From a virus: a DNA stretch of 64,000 bases. Within the stretch, counting starts at the first letter, position 1; every line of letters begins with the position of its first letter. Made by a program: the position numbers and the translations under genes. Positions 1 through 10,807 of the stretch are shown piece after piece. The stretch spans positions 64,001 through 128,000 of IMG/VR virus record IMGVR_UViG_3300021142_002226; one strand, 5' to 3'. Under the pieces are notes generated by a model that saw only the letters and a program-made list of their open reading frames with translations, had not been told where the DNA came from and did no database searches.

Positions 1-319
1 CTCTCAAGAACTGATAGGCATCGTTAAGTGGTGATTCTTCTCCATCCTGAGCAGGATCATAGAGTTTTACATAATTTTTCCCAACTTTAATGTTGTTGAA
101 TCTTTTCTTTTCGTAGAATTTGTACGGATCATCTTGGTTAGGTAGAATCCTAACAATCACTTCTCCTTCGTTTACACCTTCTGGTAAACTTAATGAAAGG
201 TACTGTGTTAAATCAACTTTTTTACTTTGTGAAAAGTTTGAATTGTCCTTTGCTTTTGCATAATCTGTTGTTACGTCTTCGGTGGCTTTGCCCCAGTCTA
301 AATTTTTGTAGTCTAACAT
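1..319 (-). CDS. Single-stranded DNA-binding protein, gp32-like (partial, runs off window start)
   Basis: Not in the ORF track. Manual translation from ATG at 319: MLDYKNLDWGKATEDVTTDYAKAKDNSNFSQSKKVDLTQYLSLSLPEGVNEGEVIVRILPNQDDPYKFYEKKRFNNIKVGKNYVKLYDPAQDGEESPLNDAYQFLR. The 'VRILP...F...YDP...GE.SPL' pattern resembles gp32-like SSBs. Confidence 0.55.
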   Translation of the reverse strand, partial: MLDYKNLDWGKATEDVTTDYAKAKDNSNFSQSKKVDLTQYLSLSLPEGVNEGEVIVRILPNQDDPYKFYEKKRFNNIKVGKNYVKLYDPAQDGEESPLNDAYQFLR

Positions 320-339
320 AATGTTTTAATTTTATACTA

Positions 340-370
340 CAATAGTAAGCATTATCAAAACAAAAGTCAA
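340..370 (-). promoter_or_regulatory. Bacteroidota-type sigma70 promoter variant (TTG-N20-TACTATTG) for the SSB-like gene
   Basis: Minus strand reads TTG, 20 nt, TACTATTG, ending 20 nt upstream of the ATG at 319. Confidence 0.4.
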
Positions 371-387
371 GTTTTTTAAAAAATTTA

Positions 388-777
388 TTAGAACATTTGT
401 GTCTGGTAAGCCTTTCCGAATACTAAAACACCTGGATTTTGTGATACAGAACCGCTCGTACTATCTTGAGTAACATATGAACCACCAGCACCTAATAATG
501 TATAGTGATTTAATGTTATTGAACTAAATGGCATTGAAATCATATTACCGCAAGCAAGATCAAAAGTAACACCGTCAACTGTAACATTGATAATGTCACT
601 ACCAGTACCGCAACCGATAAAACCAATTAAACCAATATTCCATTTTGGTGTTGTTGAGGAACCTTGATATGGTGTATTTTGGGGTGTATTTCCTTGTAGG
701 AAACTATTTGTTGAATCTGTATTACTGTCTGTTAAAGTTTGACCCAAAGTCAAACGTTGCATAAAATTTTGTATCAT
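388..777 (-). CDS. Hypothetical protein, possibly virion-associated
   Basis: 129 aa ORF, G/S/T-rich, tightly packed with its neighbours. Confidence 0.6.
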   Translation of the reverse strand: MIQNFMQRLTLGQTLTDSNTDSTNSFLQGNTPQNTPYQGSSTTPKWNIGLIGFIGCGTGSDIINVTVDGVTFDLACGNMISMPFSSITLNHYTLLGAGGSYVTQDSTSGSVSQNPGVLVFGKAYQTQMF

Positions 778-779
778 TA

Positions 780-1523
780 TTAAAAAGTTTTTGCTTCTCT
801 TGCATCTTCATCATCATTATCAATATAGAAACTCTTTTTAACATCGTTTCTATCATAATTTGACATTAATGCGTCCATCATGGACATTTTATCTGGCTTA
901 CCTTCAAGTTCGGTTTGGTTCTTATAACCATTACCTTCCAAATAATCATCATCTGTTAAATTATAAGGATATGACTTTGCAGCCATTGCTTTTCTTCTTT
1001 CATCTTCTGTTGGTGGGCGCATTAATTCAACTTGCTTTTCAAGATCATTCATTTTCTGAATAATTCCATCCATTTTGTTTAATTTACCATCAATGTCGTT
1101 AATCTTGTCAAATACCATTTGTAATCTATTCAAACTTCTGTGAGTTTGTTTTACAAGTTCTTTTGTATCATTTACAATATCAGTAACATCGATTTCAACG
1201 TCAGGTTCGCCACCCATCTCTGGTTGAGCAGTCATATCTGGAGCTACTGGAGCTGCGGCATTAGGATCAGCTGTACCAGCATCTGGCATAGGTGTTGCAT
1301 TTGGATCTGTCATACCAGCATTAGGGTCTGCTGAAGCATCTGGTGCCATTGCAGTTGTGTCACCAGCTGCATTAGGATCAGTAGCTGGTTCAGCTGGTTG
1401 TTCCTCATCAGCTTCATAAAACTTATAAACAGTTTCCTTCAAAAGATTATCATTATAACCAAGAATTTGCTTATATCTCTTAACCTCATTTTCAAGTAAC
1501 TTTTCCGAAATATTCTTTCTCAT
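780..1523 (-). CDS. Acidic low-complexity protein with DPNA repeats and coiled coil (possible head/scaffold-type protein)
   Basis: 247 aa. Four DPNA repeats in a P/A/D-rich linker, followed by a heptad-like segment (LNRLQMVFDKINDIDGKLNKMDGIIQKMNDLEKQV). Confidence 0.6.
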   Translation of the reverse strand: MRKNISEKLLENEVKRYKQILGYNDNLLKETVYKFYEADEEQPAEPATDPNAAGDTTAMAPDASADPNAGMTDPNATPMPDAGTADPNAAAPVAPDMTAQPEMGGEPDVEIDVTDIVNDTKELVKQTHRSLNRLQMVFDKINDIDGKLNKMDGIIQKMNDLEKQVELMRPPTEDERRKAMAAKSYPYNLTDDDYLEGNGYKNQTELEGKPDKMSMMDALMSNYDRNDVKKSFYIDNDDEDAREAKTF

Positions 1524-1531
1524 ATTATAAA

Positions 1532-1759
1532 TTATCTAATATATGTTCTTCTTGTGTGGCTTATAGGCATATCTTCTCTAAGAAGTTCTCTACCATCTTC
1601 TACCACTAATTTTTTTTCAATAACGGTTCTTTCTATAAGTCCGTCCTGTGTTCTGATATAACATTTACCAGTAACTGCATCACAAACCTCTTCACCAACT
1701 TGATTATTTGCTGGAGTTTGATTTATGAAATTATTTAATTTGTTATCAAAATTGTTCAT
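1532..1759 (-). CDS. Hypothetical protein
   Basis: 75 aa ORF preceded by the recurrent TATTTATA motif (1775-1782). Confidence 0.65.
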   Translation of the reverse strand: MNNFDNKLNNFINQTPANNQVGEEVCDAVTGKCYIRTQDGLIERTVIEKKLVVEDGRELLREDMPISHTRRTYIR

Positions 1760-1774
1760 AACAGTATTATTTAC

Positions 1775-1782
1775 TATAAATA
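1775..1782 (-). promoter_or_regulatory. Putative late promoter TATTTATA
   Basis: Recurrent octamer, 15 nt upstream of the ATG at 1759. Confidence 0.5.
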
Positions 1783-1800
1783 GTTATAATTTAACTAAAG

Positions 1801-4800
1801 TTAGGCTATATTAGTATTAGTATTTAATATGTTTGCCGCATATTTTGCTTTATCTGCCCAACCTGATTGCGGTGACCCTTCATATATTCTGAAAACCCAA
1901 TCATTTGTATAATTAATATCAGTACTTGTTTTAAAAGTATTAAAATTTTTATATGATGGTAATTCGAGAAGGGTATATTCTAATTGTACCTGCAATGTCA
2001 TATTAGAAAATGCGGCTGTAATAAGGTTTTGAGTATTTTCTGTTTTAGGTATTTCTACTAATTTACTAACACCACATCTACTTAATAAATCAAGCCAAAA
2101 TTTATCTTTATTTGGATTCCAATTAGAATATGTACCAGCGGCTTGTTCAAAGTTAGGTATTTCAATACCTTTACTTTTTGCATAGATAAGTACTTTAGAT
2201 CTTCTACCGTCAGCACCTACCCATTGAACTATACCAGCAGCATAAGTTTGTTTTGGGTCATTATAACTTAACTTTTTATTATATTTTGTTACAATTTTCG
2301 GATTGAAATTAGATTCCACTTTAAAGTTTCCAACTAATGATGCCGCCGCTTCTTTACTAAATCCATTTTGGATATAAAAATTATATGCCAATATAGCTGA
2401 GTTTTTATCATCAGAAACATTGGTATCTTGTGGTACACCTGCAAATGGTGGAAGTTCTTTCATGTTCGGTGCAATAGTTTTTCCATAACTAATATTATTT
2501 TCGTTATTATTTATACCATAAAACACAATTCCATTTTTTTGGTCATAACAACCTAAATATCTATAATTTGCCCCAGCAAGTGTATCAAATTTTAAATCAT
2601 TGTTTGAGCTAACATTTAGAAAAACATATTCTTCAGAATTTTCATTATTAACCGTTATCGTATAAATATTATTCGTATCACTTGCAGTTTGTGATACGTT
2701 TTTATAGTACAACATATAATATGCTTGCCATATATTACTCTTACTATAATCTATAGCATCGGTGTAATCATTTATAAAATTGATTTTAGGGGTTGTTTTT
2801 TTGTTTGGGTCAAATAAATCTGAACCATATGTTGATGCGGCATCTGAAACCAATAATTTTTGCTGTTTTAATTTATTACTTGGCGTTAACAATTTCAAAA
2901 CATCGTCATTAGTCTTAGCTAAACCCAAGGCTGTAATTGTTTTACCTATTTCATTTGTTGATAAATCATCTTTATGAGCATTTAAAAGGTCTTGTAATGA
3001 GTCAGTTGCTGGGTTGAAAAAATATGTTGTTTCTTGTCCTTCCCAATTAGCTTTCAACTGTAATACTATATCAACCATATATATCCTTATCACAGAAGGA
3101 TCTGGATTAGCAGTTGCACCATTAGCAAAATATTTTGCTCTATTATAAACCATAATTAAAACAATCTTATAAATCTCATTTGTTAATGAAAAATGAGATA
3201 CAAGCCAAGAATAAAGTATTTGCATACCATCAAAAGACACATACGTTCTGTTAGCATTCGATTTTTGATAGAATGTACCAAATCCAGAACCAACATTGTT
3301 TCTATCATTATATATTTGCCCAGTAGTAGTATTGTTTGATGTGTTTTGTGCCGAAGTTTTAGTTAAACCTGTCAAAGTTAATTGTAAACTATTCAGAATA
3401 TCACTTTTATTTGTTGTTTTCTTATTAAATGGTTGTCTTACACCCTTAAATGTGGTTGTCATATTATTCGCCGTAATATTGTGCTCAACGTTAGTTATCC
3501 AATAACTACCATAAAATAAAGGTACATTTTTAAGATAAAAATATGTGAGAGGTTGTATCATAACATTACCCATTGATTCTACTTGACAAGTATATGAACG
3601 TGTCTCCATCAAGGAAAATAAATTACCAGAAGCAACTTTTTGTGATGTTTCAGAACCATTATTGGTCAAATTAATTGCAGCTTTTATTGATTCTTCGGTA
3701 TTACTAAATTCACTCGTATCTAATCTAACTTTACTGAACATATTCTGGTTTTTGTTACCAAAATCAACAATAAATGATGTTATTTTACCTGTTTTAACAT
3801 CATCAGGTACTAAATTTTTATTATCATTGAAATAAGGTTTGATTGGTTGTAAATCCAATGGAAATGAACCTGAATATGATGGTTTAGAGTTGCTCGTTAA
3901 TTTTTTACTATCAACGCTTGATGTATGATTGATCCATTGTAAAATAAATGAAGGGTTTGAATCTATTCTATCTATATCTAAATGTGTTCCAAAAATATTA
4001 TTTGCATATTTATCAAGTTCATTGTTAACGTTTGTAATTGGTGATAAATAATCAACATATGTATTCACTGGATGTAAAATAAAATCATTGTGTTGTGCAA
4101 TATCACTGAATAAACCGAATACAGCTTTATTTGTTATCTCTGAATTTATTACATCGTTATCTGAATTGTTTGTTGTCGAAAATTTAAGTTGTAAACTATC
4201 AGACAAAGCTATCAAATCAATTAATATTTCACTACCAATATCGTTATTAGATCGGTCAACTATATTAATATATTCTATTAAATGTTTAGATTGATCTTTA
4301 TCAAAAACACTATTTTCACCTGTATAAGAATTAATTGTTGTATCACAAACGGATATATCTTTGAACAAGTAATTATAAAATAAACCATTATTAATTTTAC
4401 CCAATTCATCTAAAACATTAATAGAATCATATGGGACTTCTAATATTTTATTTGATTTATTATTGAATGCTATATATTTGTCAAAAAGATTTTTTACATT
4501 ATAATATGTTTTAGATTTTAATTCATCAATAGTATTTTCTTTCTGAATTTGTTTTAGTAAAGATGATGCGGCATTAGAATTAAGGAAGTTAGAATTTATA
4601 GAATTTTTTATTGTATCAAGATATAAGTTTATATATTTTACATTTTTATAGTAAAACGTACTTACAAATCCTGTCAAATAATTAGTAATTTCTTTTGTAA
4701 GCAAATTTTTATTTTTTTCAAAGTATTGACCAGCACCAACTATTTGCCATAAGTATGAATCATTACTACTATTATAATTCAAAGTTGTATGAAGATTACT

Positions 4801-7776
4801 TACGGAATCACCAAAAGGATCATTCACAATGGAAGAATCTGAAGAATCTGAAAATATCCAAACATTTACAATACTTTTTAAATAATCTGTAATTAAATTG
4901 AACATCAATACTAAATTATCCTCGTCAAATTTAACGTTCAAGTAGTTGAAAAACTCATTAATCAAAAAATTATAGTAATATACACCAAAATTATAATTGT
5001 TGTTTTCACCATAATATAATTTTTTTGCTTTAGCTGCAACTGAATCACTATAGTATTTGAAAGCATCGTCATAGAAATATTTTTTGACTAAATTTGTTGT
5101 TTCGATTGACGTATCAGCATTATTTGCTGGGTCAATAATGTAATCCCCAAATACAAGTTTTCTGGTATAATATTTTACCTGACCAGCATCAGGATTAGAA
5201 TTATCATCAGTTAATATACTCAATGGTTTAATCCCATATATTTCACCAGCATAAGAATCTGAAACCGTTAACTCGCTTGGACTAACTTTGAAAATAACAT
5301 CAGGTCTAAATATAAAATTTTGATAGTTTGTATATAAAGAATCCTCTTGACCAGGTACTGCAACAGAACCAACGGTGCTGTAATTATTGATTGGTAATTT
5401 TTGCGCAGAAAATTCTTCTAATACTTTTTTATTGCGTATATATTGAGCATTTGTTAATACCGCATTGATTTTTGCGCTGATATAAAAATAGTCACAAAAA
5501 TAATAATTATAACTCGAATAACCTACCAATAACATTTGTGCATCTTCTTGAGTTAGTTCGAATTGATCTGTTTTGTAACCTTGTATGTCATTTTCATCTA
5601 ATGTCATTATACCCTTCATCAAAGTCTCAAAGTTATAATTACCATCATATTTTTTGAAATAATCTTGTGTCGAGTTTGGTTGATAGACTTTATATGAAGA
5701 TGCAAAATCTAAAAATATTGACTCAAATGTTTTAAATTTTTGAATATCTATTGCGTCATACAAATCATATAATCTTAATCTTAATGGGTCATTCGATGTA
5801 TTTAAATTTGAATAACCATCGACTGATTTATATATGTTGGTTGTCAAATTTTGTCCAATTTCACTTATTGATAATTCAGATGTCAAATTATCACGATTTT
5901 CACCATTTCCTATATATGTATCTTTTGTACCAAGTTGTAAACCTCCCATACCAGTATCGTACCACAAAAACCTTGACGTGTTCATCATTACTGATCTATT
6001 ATCAAAAATAATACTATCTATATTACCGCTTTTGTTAAATAAATAAAGATTATCTGCATCATAAATATCTGAATTATTAACATCTAAATTTATATATTTT
6101 TTTGCCAAATTTCCTGATTCAAAAGCATACTTTTGAATAACATATGTTTTAGGTTTATAATTTATAGGTAAATATTCATTAATATTTTTTTGTCTATCAC
6201 TACTATTATATGCTGCTTCTTCACCATTATAACCTTTGATTAATTCGTATTTATTATTTGTTATAATCTTAGTGTTATTCTCTTTTTTGTTTTGAGTTAA
6301 TAACTTATTTGGGTAAAAAAAACCTCCAGCAGATGGATATAATAATACCACCAATTGTCCACTAACATTATTACTATCGAACTCATTAGTATCTTTATAA
6401 GTTTTTTCAGAATCCCAAAATTTTAATAAAAAATCTGTTACAACAGATATACTATCTAATAATGCATTATTAAATAAACCATTTCCAATAATTGCACCAA
6501 AATCATTCGTAAGATCATCATAAACAACGGATTCTAATGTATTTGTTATACTTGTACCAAATTTTGAAACCGATTCTTCTCCAAAAAATCTACCAAATAA
6601 AATTTTATAAATAAAATAAGATATTGGACTTATATCTTGAGTTTTTGATAGAGCATTATTTTTCGCAGTAAATTTCAATAGCTTTATAAGCGGTATATTT
6701 CCAACAAATGATATACTCATATCTAACATAAGTGTATTCATTTGTGTTAAAATTGATAGAATATCAGCTTTTTCTAAACCACCTCTCAAATATGAATATT
6801 TCATTCTACATATACACATGTAGAATTTATACATAAATTGATCGTTCTTATCAAACGTTATATTTTTAACTTGTTTGAAGTAATTAATTATATTATTACT
6901 TGTTGTTAATGTTGATGAACCTAATGAATCTTTTATAATACTATAGTGACCCATGAAATTAATACCGTCATTGTATGATTTAAATGATTTTACAAACCCA
7001 TTTTCAGCACCATAATGGTGGAATAATGTGTTAGTATCATATTTTGTGTCTGAAAAATATCCTTCAGTTGCACCTATTTGATTATTTACACCATTTTTAT
7101 CAATCATGAAATTATAATAATCTTTCATGAAGTTAGAAAATGTACCGTAACCAAATTTAGGAATAAATGTATTGTTTATACCAGTTACAAATTTATCATT
7201 GATAATTGGTATACTTGCAAACTCAACAATATTGTTTTTTTGATCATAACCCCCATAGATTGGTGATGTATTAGAATTTAAATTTAGATTAACTTTTAAT
7301 ACTTTATCTAAATCAATATTTAATGTATATGTGTTTTTACCAAATAATCTATTATTATAATTGTCCGAATGAAAATGATATAATGCCCCAAGATATAAAA
7401 TCAATGGCATTGGTAATTCTGTAATACCAACATTAGATTTAAATAGTGCAACTATATTATCTTTTGAAAATAAAAATTTATTGGATTCTGTTTGTAAAGA
7501 TGAAATTATATAGTGAGCAGCTTCTTTAAAATTACCTGTGATATCACTATTTGTTCCAATAGAAAATGATTCAGCAAAACAAATATTGTTAAGTGGAGTA
7601 GCATAATATGAGATTCTATCTGTATTTTTTGTAATTCTACTTGTTATACCGTATTCTAAATACGTTGAAAATAAACCTTTTTGATAATCTGTATAATCAC
7701 TAAATTGATTTTTAGTATAATTATCTATTACACTCGGATTTGTCAAATATTCATTTGTAATGTTCTTAATATCCAT
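1801..7776 (-). CDS. Large baseplate hub-like virion protein with C-terminal phage tail lysozyme domain
   Basis: 1991 aa. gp27/gpD-like segment (RSYTCQVESMGNVMIQPLTYFYLKNVPLFYGSYWITNVEHNI...FKGVRQP). The C-terminus (GFSKEAAASLVGNFKVESNFNP...GIVQW...QLEYTLLEL) is typical of phage tail lysozyme (lysozyme2-like). Confidence 0.7.
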   Translation of the reverse strand: MDIKNITNEYLTNPSVIDNYTKNQFSDYTDYQKGLFSTYLEYGITSRITKNTDRISYYATPLNNICFAESFSIGTNSDITGNFKEAAHYIISSLQTESNKFLFSKDNIVALFKSNVGITELPMPLILYLGALYHFHSDNYNNRLFGKNTYTLNIDLDKVLKVNLNLNSNTSPIYGGYDQKNNIVEFASIPIINDKFVTGINNTFIPKFGYGTFSNFMKDYYNFMIDKNGVNNQIGATEGYFSDTKYDTNTLFHHYGAENGFVKSFKSYNDGINFMGHYSIIKDSLGSSTLTTSNNIINYFKQVKNITFDKNDQFMYKFYMCICRMKYSYLRGGLEKADILSILTQMNTLMLDMSISFVGNIPLIKLLKFTAKNNALSKTQDISPISYFIYKILFGRFFGEESVSKFGTSITNTLESVVYDDLTNDFGAIIGNGLFNNALLDSISVVTDFLLKFWDSEKTYKDTNEFDSNNVSGQLVVLLYPSAGGFFYPNKLLTQNKKENNTKIITNNKYELIKGYNGEEAAYNSSDRQKNINEYLPINYKPKTYVIQKYAFESGNLAKKYINLDVNNSDIYDADNLYLFNKSGNIDSIIFDNRSVMMNTSRFLWYDTGMGGLQLGTKDTYIGNGENRDNLTSELSISEIGQNLTTNIYKSVDGYSNLNTSNDPLRLRLYDLYDAIDIQKFKTFESIFLDFASSYKVYQPNSTQDYFKKYDGNYNFETLMKGIMTLDENDIQGYKTDQFELTQEDAQMLLVGYSSYNYYFCDYFYISAKINAVLTNAQYIRNKKVLEEFSAQKLPINNYSTVGSVAVPGQEDSLYTNYQNFIFRPDVIFKVSPSELTVSDSYAGEIYGIKPLSILTDDNSNPDAGQVKYYTRKLVFGDYIIDPANNADTSIETTNLVKKYFYDDAFKYYSDSVAAKAKKLYYGENNNYNFGVYYYNFLINEFFNYLNVKFDEDNLVLMFNLITDYLKSIVNVWIFSDSSDSSIVNDPFGDSVSNLHTTLNYNSSNDSYLWQIVGAGQYFEKNKNLLTKEITNYLTGFVSTFYYKNVKYINLYLDTIKNSINSNFLNSNAASSLLKQIQKENTIDELKSKTYYNVKNLFDKYIAFNNKSNKILEVPYDSINVLDELGKINNGLFYNYLFKDISVCDTTINSYTGENSVFDKDQSKHLIEYINIVDRSNNDIGSEILIDLIALSDSLQLKFSTTNNSDNDVINSEITNKAVFGLFSDIAQHNDFILHPVNTYVDYLSPITNVNNELDKYANNIFGTHLDIDRIDSNPSFILQWINHTSSVDSKKLTSNSKPSYSGSFPLDLQPIKPYFNDNKNLVPDDVKTGKITSFIVDFGNKNQNMFSKVRLDTSEFSNTEESIKAAINLTNNGSETSQKVASGNLFSLMETRSYTCQVESMGNVMIQPLTYFYLKNVPLFYGSYWITNVEHNITANNMTTTFKGVRQPFNKKTTNKSDILNSLQLTLTGLTKTSAQNTSNNTTTGQIYNDRNNVGSGFGTFYQKSNANRTYVSFDGMQILYSWLVSHFSLTNEIYKIVLIMVYNRAKYFANGATANPDPSVIRIYMVDIVLQLKANWEGQETTYFFNPATDSLQDLLNAHKDDLSTNEIGKTITALGLAKTNDDVLKLLTPSNKLKQQKLLVSDAASTYGSDLFDPNKKTTPKINFINDYTDAIDYSKSNIWQAYYMLYYKNVSQTASDTNNIYTITVNNENSEEYVFLNVSSNNDLKFDTLAGANYRYLGCYDQKNGIVFYGINNNENNISYGKTIAPNMKELPPFAGVPQDTNVSDDKNSAILAYNFYIQNGFSKEAAASLVGNFKVESNFNPKIVTKYNKKLSYNDPKQTYAAGIVQWVGADGRRSKVLIYAKSKGIEIPNFEQAAGTYSNWNPNKDKFWLDLLSRCGVSKLVEIPKTENTQNLITAAFSNMTLQVQLEYTLLELPSYKNFNTFKTSTDINYTNDWVFRIYEGSPQSGWADKAKYAANILNTNTNIA

Positions 7777-7777
7777 T

Positions 7778-10453
7778 TTAAAAATTATATAGATTTACGT
7801 TTCTTGTTTGTCCATTATTTGCATCATTTTTAAAACCAATCAATGCTAATAATGTGTCTTTATTATTTATTGTATATGTTAAAGTTGGTGTAATATCTGT
7901 ATAACTTTTTAAATTAGAATCAACGTTTATGTTGCTCACCACGGTAGTGTTACTTACAACTTTTATTTCTTCGTCAAATCTTTGGCCATATATGAAACAA
8001 TTTGTTTCGCCAGATATAACTATATTTTTAGTTAATGTACTATAATCTATTTTAGAAATATTAGCTTTTACGTTTGGTGGTACAAAAAAACTTGACTGAT
8101 TACCATATGCACTTATATCATAATAGGGTGTTTGGGTTATATTGTTATAAATCAAAGGTGAATTATTATTATAAAATTGTTGTAAAAATTTTATATTTAA
8201 ACCTGGCGCAAAATTTTTATTATTTGTAATAAATGAATTAATTTTATTTATGTTTTTAGTTAATTGTTTTGTCGTATAAGAACCATTAATTAAGGATATT
8301 TCATTAGTTATTACTTTATCCAAGTCAGTTGTAGTTACAGTACCATTATTAATAATTTTACTTTTTATAATACCGTAGTAACCATTACTATCAGATGTGT
8401 CCAACAATTGTTTGATATTACTAAATATCGATAATTGTAACTTAGGATCTGTTGTTTTTAAACCTATATTTGTAAAAATATCTAATTCAAAATTAGCAAA
8501 ATTTTTGATAATTGATACGTAATCATTTGTAGTATAGTTTTTGAATAACAAACCAGAATATATCATATTAAGATTAAAACTATTAATCATATTATATATA
8601 ATATCATATTGTGTTTGTTTATCTGAATTATAATATATATTATTAACACCACTATAAAAAGTATTAGATGTTACAGCTGGGATTGTACCTATTTGTGTGT
8701 TTTCGGTTGAAGGTTCAACTATTTTTTTGATAGCATCAATTGACTTATATATTTCATCAACAAATTGTACTTCAGACCAATTTTTATTAGATTGTACCAA
8801 GCCTGGATATTTTCTTTCAAAAACTTTTTTTTGTGTGTCATTTTGATCATATGAAACAAAGAAATAGTTTGGAAATGGATAAAATTTTTGTGTTACCCCT
8901 TGCGGTGTTGTTACATTTTCATACTCACCACTTTCTTTTTGTACACTATTTCTATCTTTGTTTGTATCAAATTCATGTAAAGCTTTTTTACCAGCAATAT
9001 TCAATAATATAAGAAATGTTTGAATATTGTTGAATAATATTCTATATATGTTATATGTGTTAGGTTGGAAACCAATCTTGTTTTGTATAACAGTTAGTTC
9101 TTCATCTATCAATGCATTATTTTTATCTGATTTAATTTTTGCTATATTATCAATCAACTTATTATATAATTCGGTAAACTGTGTATACCCATTATTATTT
9201 ATTTTTGTATCATAAAATGTAGCCGATGGATCCGAAACATTCGTAGGATAAAGTGATATAAATGTTTGATTAGATAACGCAGATTTTAATTTGTTTTGTG
9301 TATCCGTATCAGTTATTTCATTTATTGAATTATCAATATGTTGTAAACCATTATTAAGTATCTCTTGACTTTTACCTATCTCATTAGTAACAATATTGGC
9401 ATATTCAGCATCAGAAATAGTTTTCAGAATATCTAACGAATTTATTATATCTTTGATACCTAATAAACTGGTTGAATCAAACATATTCTTATCTAAATTA
9501 TCTTTAATTTTATATAGATAAGGTAATGTTGGTGCTTGTTTGCTTAAATCTATTATATATTTATTTAGTTTTTTTTGGTCGTTACTGTATTGTTTAGTAA
9601 AGTAATCATTCTGTGTTTTATATAATTGTTCTAAAATTTCATATCCAAGGTATTTACCATTTTTCTTTTTAAACATAAATGGTGCCACATAAGCATATAT
9701 CAATAAGAATGAATTAAATATAGAAAAGGTTCTGGAAACAAATTCTGCATCAACAGTATAGTTACCTGTTTCTGGTTCAAATTTTGTATTAGATTTTACT
9801 AAATTCAAAGGATAATCAATAGCTTTACCGTAAAAACCTTTAACTGTTAATACAAATGTTGGGTATGGAAATGTATAAAATAAATTATAAGGATTATCAA
9901 TATCATTACCTCTTTCAAATAATGTTCTACCTTGTACATCAGTAAATTGTATTTTTACAATAGATGATGTACTTGGATTTTGACTGATAGAAATACTATC
10001 TATACCAAATGTTTCTGGATCTTGTATATTACTTGTACTCTTAAATTCTCCAGTGGCAGCATCAAGTGTTTTGTTACTTGAAAAAAAATCAGTATAATCA
10101 GTTGTTAATTTATTTTTATATATAACAACTGAATTACCATCTGAATTTGACCCAAATGATTTGATGGGGTTGAGCATATTTATATTGATAGATCCAACTG
10201 TTATTGGTTTACCATTATTTTGTGTCTCACCAAAAAAAACAGATGTTGCTGGTCTTTTAAACGCTTTTAAATTAGCATACATCACCAAGTTTTCTTGTGC
10301 GACATATCTATCAGCTACTTGACCATTTTTTATGATTTTATTTGGATCAATAATAATTACACCATCATTATTTTTAGTGTTTGTGGTAGTGTCAGTAACA
10401 ATATACTTATCAATAAATATGTTTTCACTGGTATCTAATAAATTATTCGCCAT
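7778..10453 (-). CDS. Baseplate hub-like structural protein
   Basis: 891 aa. N-terminal FGIDSISI...KIQFTDVQGRTLF...YPTFVLTVKGFYG pattern resembles hub/tube-fold baseplate proteins. Lies in the tail module. Confidence 0.55.
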   Translation of the reverse strand: MANNLLDTSENIFIDKYIVTDTTTNTKNNDGVIIIDPNKIIKNGQVADRYVAQENLVMYANLKAFKRPATSVFFGETQNNGKPITVGSININMLNPIKSFGSNSDGNSVVIYKNKLTTDYTDFFSSNKTLDAATGEFKSTSNIQDPETFGIDSISISQNPSTSSIVKIQFTDVQGRTLFERGNDIDNPYNLFYTFPYPTFVLTVKGFYGKAIDYPLNLVKSNTKFEPETGNYTVDAEFVSRTFSIFNSFLLIYAYVAPFMFKKKNGKYLGYEILEQLYKTQNDYFTKQYSNDQKKLNKYIIDLSKQAPTLPYLYKIKDNLDKNMFDSTSLLGIKDIINSLDILKTISDAEYANIVTNEIGKSQEILNNGLQHIDNSINEITDTDTQNKLKSALSNQTFISLYPTNVSDPSATFYDTKINNNGYTQFTELYNKLIDNIAKIKSDKNNALIDEELTVIQNKIGFQPNTYNIYRILFNNIQTFLILLNIAGKKALHEFDTNKDRNSVQKESGEYENVTTPQGVTQKFYPFPNYFFVSYDQNDTQKKVFERKYPGLVQSNKNWSEVQFVDEIYKSIDAIKKIVEPSTENTQIGTIPAVTSNTFYSGVNNIYYNSDKQTQYDIIYNMINSFNLNMIYSGLLFKNYTTNDYVSIIKNFANFELDIFTNIGLKTTDPKLQLSIFSNIKQLLDTSDSNGYYGIIKSKIINNGTVTTTDLDKVITNEISLINGSYTTKQLTKNINKINSFITNNKNFAPGLNIKFLQQFYNNNSPLIYNNITQTPYYDISAYGNQSSFFVPPNVKANISKIDYSTLTKNIVISGETNCFIYGQRFDEEIKVVSNTTVVSNINVDSNLKSYTDITPTLTYTINNKDTLLALIGFKNDANNGQTRNVNLYNF

Positions 10454-10763
10454 AATATGCTAATTTCAATTTCATAACTGCCTTATAATCGGACATACTC
10501 TGGTCTAAAGGGTATGGTACTCTTATAGAAGCATTATCTGGTATATTCCATTCCAAACCACCATATTCTGGGTTAGCTAACAAGATTAACCAACCAAAAT
10601 ATGGTGTACCATATTTATCTTGGCTTACTTTATCCATTCTTGATCTACCTACCTTATAAACAACAAATAAATCTGTTTCTTTTTCAGGTAAATGTACATA
10701 TGGAACGGTAATACCATTACCGTTATTTGTGAATTGATTATATCTGTTATAATATGAGCTCAT
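10443..10763 (-). CDS. Baseplate wedge protein, gp53/LysM-like
   Basis: 106 aa. 'RMDKVSQDKYGTPYFGWLILLANP...IPDNASIRVPYP' matches the LysM-like gp53/tail X pattern. Confidence 0.7.
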   Translation of the reverse strand: MSSYYNRYNQFTNNGNGITVPYVHLPEKETDLFVVYKVGRSRMDKVSQDKYGTPYFGWLILLANPEYGGLEWNIPDNASIRVPYPLDQSMSDYKAVMKLKLAYYGE

Positions 10764-10776
10764 ATAAGTTATTTAA

Positions 10777-10784
10777 TATAAATA
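10777..10784 (-). promoter_or_regulatory. Putative late promoter TATTTATA
   Basis: Recurrent octamer, 13 nt upstream of the ATG at 10763. Confidence 0.5.
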
Positions 10785-10807
10785 TATTTTGATAGAAAAT
10801 CAACAGT

